In this document: positions 27,001-40,506 of the stretch, piece by piece
Layout: the number at the start of each line of letters is the position of its first letter
How positions within the stretch are numbered: the first letter of the stretch is position 1
Position numbers and translations under genes: made by a program
Notes under the pieces: model-generated
What the model was told of the DNA's origin: nothing
The model's input: only the letters and a program-made list of their open reading frames with translations
The model's database searches: none
Assembly: GCA_965644295.1 (NCBI GenBank)
Contig: CBFFRP010000139.1
Location: 45,281 to 109,280 of the forward strand
Length of the DNA: 64,000 nucleotides
Reading direction: 5' to 3'
Source: Paraphysomonas bandaiensis
Lineage: Eukaryota > Protista > Chrysophyceae

Positions 27001-27701
27001 CGGGGATGCACTCATTGAAAAAGACGTGACTTGAGATAACAAAGTCCTTGAGTGAAGGTACATATTTGACGTACCCTGGTCCATCCTCTCGGTATCCCAT
27101 GAAGTACCCAATATGGCTGTGTGGAGACCAATCGTTTCTTCTCTGAGACTTGTCTATGAATGTATGGCATTTGCAGCCCCAAATCCTGGCGTAAGATAAA
27201 TCGGGGGCCTCGTCGTGGATGAACTGATACGGTGATATGAATCCCTTTGCAGTGGCGCATGGCAGGCGATTTTTCATATGCGTGACGGTGGACATGGCCT
27301 GTTCCCAGAAGTTGGGTGGTAGGCCTGAGTTACAAATGGATGCAAGCGTTCTTTCCTTGGTCGTGCGCCATGGTCGTTCTTGTATGGGGTTGTCTTCAGG
27401 CGTGTATGGAGCGTTGAAGGTCCAGGTTGATCCTAATTTTCTCAGCAAGTTCAGTACACGATGTGATACTAGCTCACGGCCACCATCAGCATGATAGTGT
27501 ATTAGCCGTTTGCCTTTCGAATGCAGATAATCCACAATTTTCTGAATGCACTCAATGACAAAATCCTCGGTTCTGTGTTTTTTCCATAGAATGTCCAACT
27601 GTATCTTGAAGCTGCATCGGTAGCTCCAAAGACTACGGTGTTTCCTCTGTGACTATTGCTGGAGGTGAAAATGGTCCAGTAAAATCAACTGCTATAATTA
27701 G
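24025..27701 (-). mobile_element. Ty1/Copia element (Copia-2), 3' half only: IN-RT-RNaseH-PPT-3'LTR
   Basis: IN (VDFTGP, HADGGRE, YARIWGC), RT (KARLVA, QVDFSTAY, YVDD), RNase H (DSDWA, KHIAIRYH). PPT GAGGGGGAG then an LTR at about 24025-24332; its outer end is inferred only from TG/CA. Frameshifted; 5' part replaced by a LINE. Confidence 0.92.
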
Positions 27702-29020
27702 ATCTGATTATTACATGAGAGAACTTGTTGCATTTATCTATCTATTACTTTAGACTAATTGTAACACAAAATATGAAATGCTCAGTTATCTCGGGACTGC
27801 TTGTGCATTGCTGCAAGCACCTTGGTGCAACCATCCCTTGTTTTAAGTTTAGTCTGGTGGTCGTCCTTTGGGTAGTGTGTCTGGTGGTCCATATCCGCCT
27901 GCGAGTCGGGGTGTGGGGGGTGACGTGCCATTCTGTGGATGTATGTCAGCGGAGGCTTTGGGAGTACTCTAGTTGTGGTTGCGGTTCTGTCGGAAATGAG
28001 TGTTGTCTGCCTCCGGATCGGGTTGGCAGGCCTGCGTTGGGGGCGTGGTCTCGTGTGGGGCACGGCTCTGGGGATGGATGTTACTTTAAGTAGCTGGAGG
28101 ATCGTCGGGTTGGTGGTAGGGTATGTGTGACGTGGCTGTGAGCTAGCATGAGTCGAGGTTGGTGTCATTGTTGTCGCATCGTTACTGTGAAATCGACATC
28201 CTCTGTTTTTGAGCATGTTTATTCCTCCATTGTAGAGGGGGAGCAGGACTTTGGTGACGGATTTCTCGAGTTTATGGAACTGGTGGTCGTGTAACGTGGT
28301 GGAGATGTTGTGTCCGAAAGCATTTGCCAGTTGCGAGGCTGTTAGTTGTCCGGTCCAGTATCTCTCAACCTGGGGTGTGGTGGGATCCCAGGCAGCCCTC
28401 GCCAGTCTTTGTAGGGCGGTGTGGAGCCAGGGGATGGGTTGTCGTTGCCCGTGGAGTTTTGTAAGCTGGGTTTGCTGTGTGTGGAAGGCATGTTCACGTA
28501 GTTGGGCGATCTCAGGGTGTGGACTGTGGACAGTGGAGGAGCATGTGCGCCATGTTGTCCAGGTTGTGGTCACAGTCCGTGCATTTGGCTGCTGTTGTGA
28601 GTTCGTCTCCATAATGTTTGCCCTTGGCCCTATTTCTGCCCATCGCGTATGATTTGTCCGAGACATATGCAGTTTCGCGGATGCGGTCGTGGAATGGGAC
28701 ATAGCAGTTGGACGAATTATTGGGCTTGAGAGGATGAAGTTTGTGTGGTAGCCTGGTGCCGCTGCGTGTCCAGTACTACGAGTCTCGGCTTGCGCTTGCG
28801 GGGTACGTGCCGTCACGCGTGAGGATGTATTGGTGGAGGTCCCATTGGTGTTGGAGTTCGGTGACGTCCCCTAGCATGGGTCTGCAGTCGGTGTGGAGGA
28901 ATTTGTCGTATCTTCTCCATTGCCATTGGCCGGCAGTGAGGAATTCTTCGATGAGGTGTGTGATCTCAGTCGTGACCACGCTGTAGTTTGTGCCGCCTAG
29001 TATTTTGTCGATCGCCGACC

Positions 29021-30370
29021 TGCAATGGAACTCAGGTTGGGACCTGAGAGCCAAACTCTAAATAAGCTAAAACTCGCTTTAACAGAGAGAATGCTGCTTA
29101 TTATTAACTTATACTACTTCTGCAGTACTAAATGCTTCTCGGCACCCCAAGAAACTAAAGCACAACTCACCAGCTATGCAGTTCAGTACTAAACAGAAAA
29201 AAGTGACGAGCCACAACAACCAACAAAGAGAGAACAAGCTTAACTAAAAAGAATGACGATGCGCTTGGGCGTCGACAGCCACACAGTGACTAAATCCAAA
29301 TTTTCTGCGAAGGAGTGACGATATTTATGAATGTTCTTGGAGAATTCTTCTTCTTCATACTCTACACATTAATGTATGAACTCTGCCGTATACACTCTCA
29401 ACTGCTGCTCATCTAAACGATAATGGGCACTCGACCAATCAGAATTGAGAATAGGGAAAGCATTGGTTCAGTATTCGCTTCCTGTATTTATACAGTGTAG
29501 GGTACAGTATACTGATACTGTATACCTACGAGTGACATAGACGCACACATACGATAGAGGAATACTGCAAATACATCATATACAGTGTATACGGTATACA
29601 GTGCGGTTGCTGAGAGGAGAGATGCAGCTCGCTCAACTGCCATCTTAATGTGATTGCAGCACACATACCGAACATACTTGTAAGCGAGCAGATTATCGTG
29701 AAAATTGAACAATATGTCCAGAGATGCATTACCATTGTACTCGCTAAAGACCACTGCTTCTTCAATTGCCGATATAGAGTACGAGGCGATATAGTATATT
29801 GACTGTGCAGCATCAGTACGAGGGTCCACACAGTGTGATGATCAAATGGAAGGTACCGTAAAATCATGTAATCAGTACGTACAGTCATGACAGGTGATAT
29901 ACAGGTCCTTCTTCCAGACAGAGGCGGTCTATGGCAACCCTTAGCCACCAGTAATTGGAAATGGATATATGAACCACACAGAGGCATATAATAACGGTAA
30001 AGAAGCCGCAGACACATCCACTGATTGCAGGAAAAGCACGTATACACTGTTTACGTACTATAGGTGATTGTAGAAGCTACATATGTGCATTTACAGGCCA
30101 CTGGTTGAATATAGAGCCATGTACACATATATACCATATATTAGGGTAAGGATACAACATATATATATATTCTGTAGAAGGGTCACAACCTATACATATA
30201 TGTGTGGGTGAAAGAGAGAAACTAGGTTAGTATGTACGCATATATATATGTATACATCCAAACTGTAATAATAATAACTCTTCAAAAGAATTATATATCA
30301 CAGCCCAGCATATAGAATAGAAGATAGTGCTGATGACTATAAACCTGCTTTAAACCTGCACAGGTTTACA
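29021..30370. mobile_element. Probable solo LTR (1350 bp) inserted in the LINE
   Basis: TG...CA termini and 4-bp TSD GACC (29017-29020, 30371-30374). The empty site is visible in the second LINE copy (GAGTGGTCGGCG). No convincing ORF. Confidence 0.8.
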
Positions 30371-33300
30371 GACCACTCTCCACTGGCGGCAGCGTCAGCT
30401 ATGTAGATGCCATATAGTCGTTGTAGGTCCATTTGTTCCGATCTTGTGTTCGGCGTTCTGGATGGGAGCGGACCCATCGTATTGGTCGCTGCCGGTGATT
30501 TCCTGTGGCGAGGCATTCGTAAAAGATGCCCTGGGGCTTTGTGCCGAGGGCCAGCCGCCGACGAGAGAGAGCTTCTGTGGTTCGTGTTTGGACTGCTTGG
30601 CAGTCGGTGCACATAGGTACGGTGGGGGATACAAGTTTCGAGAACGTGAGGGCTGCTGACATTGCCAGGGTCTCGTAGGTGTATGGGGTTATCCCGGGTA
30701 AGGTATGCTCGGGGGCTGTAAGAGGCGAAGGATTTTGGTTGTTCCTGTGCTCCAGTTGGTTTTGGGTGGTAGCCAGACAATTGCTGCCCCCCCGTAGTGT
30801 GTTGCGGGCTGCACGTGAGCGTCACCGAGGAGATGAGCAGGAGAGAGGTTTGTGCGAGTGAAGGAACCATCAGTGAAGATGGCTTGAAAATCGTGTGGAT
30901 GATTGGTGTGCAGTTGGAGTTGGGATTGGACCTTGTCGATGGTGTCTTGGAATTGGGACGTGGCCGGGGATGGGGGCTGCAGTCGAATTCCGAGCTGTTG
31001 TCCCCATTGGACCAGGCTAGTGATGTACAGGTCGATGTCTGGGCGATTGTGATCGTGACGTTGTAAGATGGATATGGCGGCTCGCTTGGGTTCCCCTCCC
31101 AGGGTGATGGCCCTTTGGAGTGTGTGCCACTTTTGGGTCTGGGCCCATGTGGAGAACTTACGCAAGCCAAGTCCTTTGTATTTCGTGGGCAGATAGATGA
31201 GGGCTGTGGGGTATCCTGGGGGTAGTCGGAGGACTTTCCTGGCTGCTCGTGCAAGGAGTTTGTCTATGTCCAGGCATCTGTCGTACGTCCAGGAGGCTTT
31301 GGTGGCTTTTTTGTAGAGTAGTGTCGGGAGTACTTGTGTGTTAAGCACTAACAGTTTCCAGTCTGGGGATGCACATTTGTGGCGAAGATGTGTTGCGGAG
31401 GTGGTGACGTAGTCGACACACCAGGCGTGCGAGTCGGTATCCTTCGAGGAGAACGGGAGGTGGACTCCGAGGTATTTGGTGGGGACTGTGGTGGCTCTAA
31501 TGGGGATGGTGTGCGGGTTCCAGTTCCAGTCTCTAATGGTTATGGTGGGCTCTGTTTCTAGCATGGCCTCAACTTCAAAGGGAGAGCCTATTGCAATGCA
31601 TTCCGTTTTGGCTATGGCGAGCTGCATTCCCGTGAATGCACAGAAGAATGAGAGTCTGTCCGCCTTCATCTGCGCGATGGCAATGGAGTTGGTTATTTGG
31701 GAGAGGTCGTCCGCGTACGCTTTGTCCTGACTGTCGTCCTTAAGGTCAGACCAGCAGAGGACATGTCGAAGATGACGATCCATGCGACTGTGGACTCTGT
31801 TCCGCCCTGTGTAACGCCTCTGTTGGCGAAGAAGCCCATGTCGGGGTTCCGGAGGAAAGAACCGTCGGATTGACTTAATTCCTCTAGGGTTTTAGGATCG
31901 ATGTGGTCAGCCATGTGCGGTGTCCAGATGTAGGTGCACCCCTCGCAGTCTAGTTCGCTGAGCCATTTGATCGTGTCTTCTGGAACCCCAAGTCTCGCCC
32001 ACGCGAGTTTGAGGAGGTTAGGTGCAATGGAGTCGAAAGCTTTTTGGAAGTCCCAAAAGGTGCATATTTTCGCGTTTCCTGTGAGCTTGGCCAGTTCGGT
32101 GGCCGCTAGTACACGAAGGATGGCAGTGTCTGTTCCATGTCTCCACCTGTAACCGTGTTGCGCCGGGTGTAGGACAGCGTCGTCTTCCCAGATTTGGAGG
32201 AGTCGGTGGATAATGATGCGTGTCATCAATTTGCGGAGAACCTCTAGCAAACCGATCGGTCTCAAGTTTTTGAGGGAGGTGTTTCCCGGTTTCTTGAGTA
32301 GTGGGGTCATGACTCTGTCTTTCCACCAGTGTGGGATGTGGCGGTGAGTCCAGAGCGTTTGTAGGAGACCGAGTACTTCTATTTTGACTTGTGGGGTCCA
32401 ACTTTTTATCATGTTTGTGGTGACCATGGACGGCCCGGGTGCTTTGTCCTTGGCCATATTATCAAGTGTGGAGTGGAACTCATGTATCGAAATTTGTTGC
32501 CTGAGAGGGCTTCCTGTATCTTTGCTGAGGTGGATGAGCCGACCTTTGTTTTGCATAGTTTGCGTAGTCCGGAGTGATGTTGTATCGGGATAGCGGAGTT
32601 TGGGTGGAGGGGGTTGTGTAGGTTCTCACCGGCGGTTAGTTCGCGCCACCAGTTGTCGTCGTAGTGTAATCTGTGGGCGGTGGGGTCCATGCCTTTGGGG
32701 AATGCGTGGTGTGCCGTGAAGTGTTTGTTCAGGGCTTCCTGTATCTCCGATGGAACGGTGATCGTGGCCCCGTCCTCCAGGGTGAGACGGGTGAGTGCTG
32801 GTGTCTGCTTCCGCTTTAGTCCGATGGATTGGAGGATCTTGCGTATCTGTTGTGTTTCGAGTTGGGCTTGGAGGGCGTGTGTTCTGGTGGTCATTCTTTT
32901 CCTCATTTCAGCTCGGGCTCTCCCTTGGAGCATTCGCATGAGACTGTCACGGAGGTTGTCGAAGGCTTTGCCCGTGACGTTAGTTGTGGTCCATGTTAGC
33001 ATTTGCCTTGGGTCTGTCGCGGCCCGGATGATGGCTGTGGGCGGTCGATCGTGGTCCTCTGATGAGCGGTCAAGTGTAGCAGTGGTGCGCTCCCATCTGC
33101 AGATTCCTCTCCGGACGATGCTGTAGAAGTATGCATCGGTGACACGGGGGTGTAGGTGACCGGATCTGGTAAAGAGCTTTCGTTTGAGATATACAATCAG
33201 GTGGAGTGCCAGTTGTAGGACTCTCATTTCGGCGGAGAAGCCATACTTGAACCGGGATCGTTTTCGCTGGCATTTTGCATGATGGATGCCGGTTTTCTTG

Positions 33301-34069
33301 GTTCTGTCCGCGTGACGGGTGTCGTGGGCCGCTTCTAAGGTGATACGATGGAGGAGCGCCAGTTTTATGGCTGCGTTTTCAGCGGGGTGGGGGTGCGTGG
33401 GGAGCGTGGACAATTTGTGGTGGTGTTTGTGTAGGTGGGTCTGGAATTCTTCTACCATGTCGTGGTCAGCAGGGTTGATGTTGAGCCGTGGAGGAATCTG
33501 ACGGTGCCGTTCCTTGGGAAGGGTTGGGCCTGTACCGCTAATGTCGACCTGGATCCAGACCGGTCTGTGATCAAATGGTGCAGCAGTGATGGCATCAGAT
33601 GTGTGGCATCCATTTCTAGTGTTATGAAAGTGTGTGGGTAGGGGAGAATGTAGTATATGGTCTATAAGTCGATGTGATGCCCAAACCTGGTAAAGTGATT
33701 TTACCAGGTTTTGTTGGTGGATAGTAGATAGTAAAAGTAACGTTGTTATGTTTAAACAATTACAAGTGTGTGTTGTCAACGCAATTATTATTAACTTAAC
33801 TGCTATAAGTGTTAAATTTCTACAGAGAAGTAGATAAAAAGAGCAGTACAAACTACTATCTACCTCTCCGCATTAGAAGATTCTCGTAAATTTGAAGCCT
33901 CAGGGTTTGCTCATGAGAGTGTATTTCACGAGCTGTTCGATCCTGCATAATTTGTTGTTGCATGTACTCATCGAACACATTGTGTCTGTCCACACACGGA
34001 ATCTGCTGCAGGGGTGTCGACGTCGCGACTAGAGGAGGAGAAGCGACGACTGGAAGTTCACGTAGAATT

Positions 34070-35553
34070 TCAGCTGGTGGAAGAGATACAGGCGGATTCG
34101 GTGCAGGTGCAGGCGGATTCGGTGGGTGTAGGCGGATTCGGTGCAGGTAGCGCCGCAGATTTCATTCTCTTTATCTCCTCCTGCATAGCTAGACACATCG
34201 CCCGTGATTCCTCTAGTTGCATTTGTAGTGCACCCAGTATGGGCTCACTGGAAGCAGAAGTGACCACATCCCCAACAACAACGTCCTCATCCGCATCTTG
34301 TTTATTCTCAATCTGCACATTTTACACAAATTAAATACAATAATTATTCTTAATGTATTACATCTCTTTACCTGCTTCACAGCACGAGTTTTAATTGTGG
34401 ACTTCTTCACTGGTCGAGGCTTCTTTATGCTCTTAGGCTTCACCCTTTTCTCACGAGTAAGTCCCTTCCGCTTGCGAGTGATGTTGCGGTCATCATACAT
34501 CACAACATCCACAACTGCTGGAGTTCCAGTCTCGTCCTTATTAGGTCCCTTGGTGCTATCCCAGAAGAAGTCCTTCTCATCAAACCACCGAATCAGGCTA
34601 TCTAGAATAGTCTCGTGGTCAAATGCAACGTCTGGAAGACAGGCATAGTCTTTCTTGAATTTTGATAAACCAACAACTCTAAACCACTTGGTCAGAGTAC
34701 TATCTGAAAGAGGCAATAGCATCGCATCATATCGGGGAGATACGCATTTGGTACGTAGAATGGCACCGAAGAAGTATCTTCTGCCCGCATAGTCTTGTAC
34801 CACCTGCCGACTGTGCACTAGCAATTTAAGCTTCTTGTTGAAGTGGGCAGATAGAACTACATAGTGGTACAAGGGGGGACACTTATCACAGACCTCTAGG
34901 TCAACATATAGCTTCAGTGGTGAAGCTGCAGAATCCAACTGGAACCTCTTCTGAACGTAGCACTGCATAGTCTGTCCCACCATAACAGATACAGATTCAG
35001 AATCCGTTAGAAACGATTCAACGAATATGGAGGTTGAAACGACGGGCTCAACTTCAATGACAGGTCCACCCGCTTCAACATCCACATTCTCAGGTTCTGT
35101 TGGTGTATTAATATCGACACCATCAGCAACAACAGTCGAAGCACTTTCTTCGGCATGATTAACGAATATGGAGGTTGAAACGACGGGCTCAACTTCAATG
35201 ACAGGTCCACCCGCTTCAACATCCACATTCTCAGGTTCTGTTGGTGTATTAATATCGACACCATCAGCAACAACAGTAGAAGCACTTTCTTCGGCATGAT
35301 TAACGAATATGGAGGTTGAAACGACGGGCTCAACTTCAATGACAGGTCCACCCGCTTCAACATCCACATTCTCAGGTTCTGTTGGTGTATTAATATCGAC
35401 ACCATCACCAACACCATCAACAACACCATCAACAACACTGGTCGAAGCACTTTCTTCGGCATGGTTATCGTCATATTCCACAGCCGAAAGTTGGTTGCTG
35501 TCAAAGGCTTCTTCATCTTCTTCAAGTGCTCCCTCTGCCTTCTGCTGTGCCAC
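34070..35553 (-). CDS. Transposon accessory gene, unknown function (acidic repeats, basic NLS-like tract, coiled coil)
   Basis: 446-aa ORF plus a downstream probable exon (34070-34318), inside the TIRs and divergent from the transposase. Ends uncertain. Confidence 0.6.
35020..35460. repeat. Coding tandem repeat, 3 x 141 bp (47 aa)
   Basis: AACGAATATGG recurs at 35020, 35161 and 35302; peptide NHAEESAST..VSTSIFV occurs three times. Confidence 0.95.
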
Positions 35554-35724
35554 TGAGTTATGTTATGTTATTCTCTATATGTTATTATGTGGTCCAGTCT
35601 GTTGTTTTGAATGCGTCAACAACTCATAGTTACTATATCACAACACCACTGACAGCTTTAGTGGTCATCATTATTATTGTCTGATACAGAGAGTAAGTTC
35701 CGCCGCTCTGACTGTATTGCGGAT

Positions 35725-36498
35725 TTGTTGCATGTCGTGCTACGTTGTTATGTTATGGAGAAGCTTTCTTTGTCCTGGCACATTCGGTGCCCACAGTGGG
35801 TGGCGATTCACTGTGGTGTCACACTTGTGCAGTTGTGTAGACATTGATATGCCTATTCATTGTACCCGTATATAAAAGCTGTGTTTGGTCCTGGCACATT
35901 TGGTACCCATAGTGAGTGGCGATTCACTATGTCGTACACTTGTGCAGTTGTGTAGACCTTCATAGTTTGTATATGTATGCCATATATTGTTGCATGTCGT
36001 GCTACGTTATGTTATGGAGAAGCTTTCTTTGTCCTGGCACATTCGGTGCCCACAGTGGGTGGCGATTCACTGTGGTGTCACACTTGTGCAGTTGTGTAGA
36101 CATTGATATGCCTATTCATTGTACCCGTATATAAAAGCTGTGTTTGGTCCTGGCACATTCGGTACCTATAGTGAGTGGCGATTCACTATGTCGTACACTT
36201 GTGCAGTTGTGTAGACCTTCATAGTTTGTATATGTATGCCATATATTGTTGCATGTCGTGCTACGTTATGTTATGGAGAAGCTCTCTTTGTCCTGGCACA
36301 TTCGGTGCCCACAGTGGGTGGCGATTCACTGTGGTGTCACACTTGTGCAGTTGTGTAGACATTGATATGCCTATCCATTGTACCCGTATATAAAAGCTGT
36401 GTTTGGTCCTGGCACATTCGGTACCCATAGTGAGTTGCGATTCACTATGTCGTACACTTGTGCAGTTGTGTAGACCTTCATAGTTTGTATATGTATGT
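35725..36498. repeat. Tandem repeat, 3 x ~259 bp with internal sub-duplication, between the transposon genes
   Basis: Near-identical units (ORF-track duplicates at 35916 and 36175). Each unit holds two copies of GTCCTGGCACATT..CACTTGTGCAGTTGTGTAGAC. Confidence 0.95.
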
Positions 36499-36582
36499 CA
36501 TATTATATATACTTATGTTACATCATGATGATAGCATACTATAATCATTTTAATAAGGTTTTTGTAGGTTACTGTCGGCATC

Positions 36583-39408
36583 ATGAAAGACCCGCTTGCT
36601 ATGCTCAACACCTTCTCGTCAGTTTGTTGCTGCATTGTATGCATGATGACGTGTGCATGTGGTGGCTGTTATTTGTATAGAATTAGTGATGCTGGTGCGA
36701 TTACCACAGCCCACAGAATTCGAAATGCCTGTCTAGTGGAATGTCTTCGCCTTAATAGAGGAGAAAAGAAACAGTATTTACTCGAGAAGTTCAGAACGTT
36801 TCAGGTCCATATAACAAAATATAAAAGGTATAAGTTTCGAATAGTCATTGGAGAGGGCGATAACATGCATCTCGTTTGCCGGAAAGGATTTTGTCAGGCT
36901 TATGCAGTCTCGCACTGGTATTTGGAGGATATTATTAGTCGTGTGAAACATAAGGATGTGAACTCTCTAACAGAGTTGAAAACATCTTCCACTGCAGTGC
37001 TTTCCGACATTTCAGATCGCAAGATTATAAAATTTGCTGAACAGTTTGGGATTAATCTGAGTGTTGAACAACTTGGTTCTATGCGTTTGGCGGAGTCTGA
37101 GGGATCCATGGCGTGTTCAGCGTGGATGAAGTATTACTTTTCCCTTGTCGGAGATCAAGTTCCGGATTCAGATAGTGAGATTCATCTGGAACCTATTCCG
37201 AAAAAGTGTGTGCACGAGGAGTACAAATTCGACATGGAGCAGTTAGGAGAACCTGCTTTGGAACTACAATCGTTTCTGAAGTTGTGGAAGGCTGTGTTTC
37301 CATATGTGAAAGTCCGAAAGTACAAGCAAAGCTGCGGTCACTGCAATCTATGCTCACTGTTGGCGGATACGCGTCGGAAGTACAGAGACAAAGCAGGCAG
37401 AGAGGAAGTTACAAACCTATTTGCACTCCATCGACTGTCTACTATGCAGGAGCGACGACTATACTACAGCAGGCGGCTTGAAGGTATGCATTCTGCGCCC
37501 CATGTTTTGTCTACGATATCTGATGGGATGGCACAAAACCATTGCATGCTACCATGGTTCAGCAACAATAAAATGCCGTCATATCACATCACAAACAACA
37601 CCTTCAAGGTGTGCTTGTCCATGGAAAGAATATGACGATATATCGAACTTTTGCCAATGTGGGCGGGGGAGCAAATCTTGCTATTCATACTTGGTTGTGT
37701 ACCTTGGAGGAGTTCTACAAGAATGGAAACCTTCCCAAAACCTTATACCATCAGATTGATGGTGGTTCCGAAAATGCAAATGCTGAAATGTATGCTGTAT
37801 GCGCCTTGCTTGTTTCAACTGGTGTTGTCAACAAGGTTGTGTTGACAAGGTTACCTGTGGGGCATACGCATGAAGATATCGACGGTATCTTTGCGTTGAT
37901 TTGGAGAAAATTGAGGGATGCTTACAGTTTGACCCCATCCGACTTCGCAAGCCTACTGCTCAAGGCACTGAAAAAGAAAGTTGAAGTAAATGTAGCAGAA
38001 TTGTTTGTGATTCCGGATTACGTCAATATATTTAAGGGGTGTATTGATCCGAACTTTGGTCACTATGTTAAGGAGGAGTGGACCCAGCTGCAATTTGTTT
38101 TCGAGCGCGTTGAGTCGGAAGCGGATCTCCAGTTGTATCCAATGGGAGTGAAAACTACATATCGAGCCTATGCATCAAATGAGTACATCGAAATTGTTGA
38201 AGATACTGGAAGGCAATCAATCTGTGGGCTTGTGGCTCAAGTGTGCCAGGCTGACACAAGACCCTTGCCAAATGAGCCCCCCCTGAACATTTTGACATCT
38301 CTACCCGAAGGGGATTTTGCCCCGGCTCCATTTATCAGGGGCTCTCGGGAGCTTCTATAATGAAAGTAGTAAATAAGATGAAGGAGAAATATAACAGGAG
38401 TGACCCAGCAGTTGCTCGAGAATGGCTCGAGTGGGCAGAGTTGTGTCCTCAGAGTGATAATGCCCAAGACTACGTGACTCAAACCGGTGGTTTATTCGTG
38501 CCAATGCGTGATGCTTTGTTCAGTGGCACTGGTGTTTCTCAATATGAGGTACTTTCCAGAGAGCGCGGCCAGAGAGTTGGAAGTTTTGGGCCTCGTGCAG
38601 TGGGACTAAGAAAAGTCCGTTCTACATCATGCGTGTTACATTCTGGTAATCATAGTAGCAATGCAAGGAAAACCCATTCAAGGATAATAGTTGAAGAAGC
38701 GGACGGAACTGTGGTTGACGTACCCATCGGATGCCTGAACAGCGTGTATCCTGGACGAGATGAGCAGCGTCAAGCACGAAAGGAGAAACTTAGTGTTGAA
38801 AAGAAGGCAGCACGGGATAAGAAGGCGAGGCTTGATGCCAGGAGGAGGGAGGAGGGTTGGGATTGTGGTGATATAGTTACCAATAACTCAGACAATAGTA
38901 ATCAATCTGGTATGTTGTGTTGTATATTATATATATATACTATAATGCCTTGTTTATTTCTATACAATCAGAACAAGAGGTGGAGTCATCGTCTGATGAT
39001 GGTAGCCCCTCTATCATGTATACTCCTGGTGACGAAATTATTACTGTCACTAGAATGCGTGGTACTGTCCACGCTGTCAATGATGATGGCACCTATCATC
39101 TTGTTTACAAAAGCAGGAAGAGATGTGGGGCCATCAGAGAGGATAAGGCAGTGCGCTCCAAATACTTCTCGCTTGCATCTGGTATACTTTATATATATGC
39201 TTGTTTGTGTAATATGTTCCTGATATTGGATATAGCCCACCAGGATAAGCCTCATAATACCCCCTCCAGTAAAAGAGACAGCATACCGAGGTGGAGTTAT
39301 ATTGAGGAACCTACTAAGGAGTGGGTAGATACAGGTGCAGTTGATTCTACTTCTATTATTACTGGTAAACGTGCCAGAAGTTCAGTTGATTATCGTTTGC
39401 AAGTATAG
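36583..39408 (+). pseudogene. Frameshifted DDD/E-type transposase (GHTHEDID family) with C-terminal Tudor-like segment
   Basis: CGHCNLC, ISDGMAQ, YHQIDGGSEN, RLPVGHTHEDIDGIF. Frameshifts near 37590 (ATCAC duplication) and 38360. Introns 38910-38971 and about 39182-39235. Confidence 0.8.
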
Positions 39409-40033
39409 ATAGCACTACTATGTATAATGTAACCGTTGCATTCTCACTTTTTTGACCTGTAACTAATATAAAATTTATTAAATGTCTCTAAAAACATGTA
39501 TGTTCTCTTTACAACTACTACATTATTAATTGCAAAACGCAACAAAACTTCAACTAAAATCAACATTTTCAAAATTTCACCAGGTTTCGACCGCTTATTT
39601 ACCAGGTTTGGGCATCACATCGACTTTATTCTGGAGATGCCGCGGTCTTTCCAGTAAAAGGTGTGGTATGGTGCCTCCTGGTCAAGGGTTTGTATGAGAG
39701 GGGCTGTTAGCTGCAGGGATCTTGCGAAACCTCTGAGGTCCCTTTTACCTGTTTGTCCCTCTAGGGTGGCGTTGAAATCTCCGCCAACTACTAGTACTGT
39801 GTGGTTGTTTGCCCTGGCTTTGGTGATCCATTTGGATAGGATGTTCGTGAGGATGTCGTAGGGTCCCGTGGCGCCATTCCTGTGAGCATTCTTGCCGAAG
39901 GCTTTTAGTGATGCCCACAGTGTGCAGGGTCCATCGGTCGCAGGCTTGGGGGGGAGGTACACTCCTATGGTAGTGAATCTTTCTTCTCTGTTAGGTCTGC
40001 CGGTGTGAAATTCGATTCGAGAGATGAGCCCTA

Positions 40034-40394
40034 TATATTAATACCGGTCAGTGTAGTTGTTGTGCTTGGTGTAAGTTTTTAAATGTTTTTTACTTATATT
40101 GTCGCTGTATTACTTAGTTAATATTGTACATGTTTTATATTGATGAGGCTATTTCGATACTTACAGACGCAGTAATAACAATTTCGTTGTGCTGAGCACT
40201 GTCCTGAAATCATTCTTGGAATATTGTTATTTTTTTAATAAAATAACAATAAGAATAGTATTGTATAGCTACTATAATATTATTACACAGTTTTAATAAT
40301 ATTAGATTAATGAAAACGATAAGTATAGGATAGGGTACAAAGGGGTCCAAAACGTGGGAAAAATTTTTTCCCACGTTTGTCTTAAGGTTGCTTC
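40034..40394. mobile_element. Small AT-rich insertion in the LINE APE domain, with right-end hairpin
   Basis: Removal restores GSDCTGL-GLISRIEF. Flanked by TA/TA. Hairpin AAACGTGGGAAAAATTTTTTCCCACGTTTG lies 11 nt before the terminal CTTC. Confidence 0.8.
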
Positions 40395-40506
40395 TAATCC
40401 AGTGCAGTCGGAGCCTGTGTGGCGGACTCTTCCTTTCCACGCTTCGCTGATCACTGCAATAGTTCCTCCCATGTGCGGATCGTTGGGGCCCTGTTTCCGC
40501 GTTGAG

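Larger units (their letters stand above)
33666..39626 (+). mobile_element. DNA transposon with 29-bp TIRs and 3-bp TAT TSD, two divergent genes
   Basis: TIR AAGTCGATGTGATGCCCAAACCTGGTAAA at both ends. TAT duplicated; removal restores the LINE codons SRIDH. Subterminal ACCAGGTTT repeats. Confidence 0.93.

Noticed and set aside
35916-36393. Duplicated 72-aa Cys-rich ORFs
   Set aside because: They are translations of the 259-bp tandem repeat.
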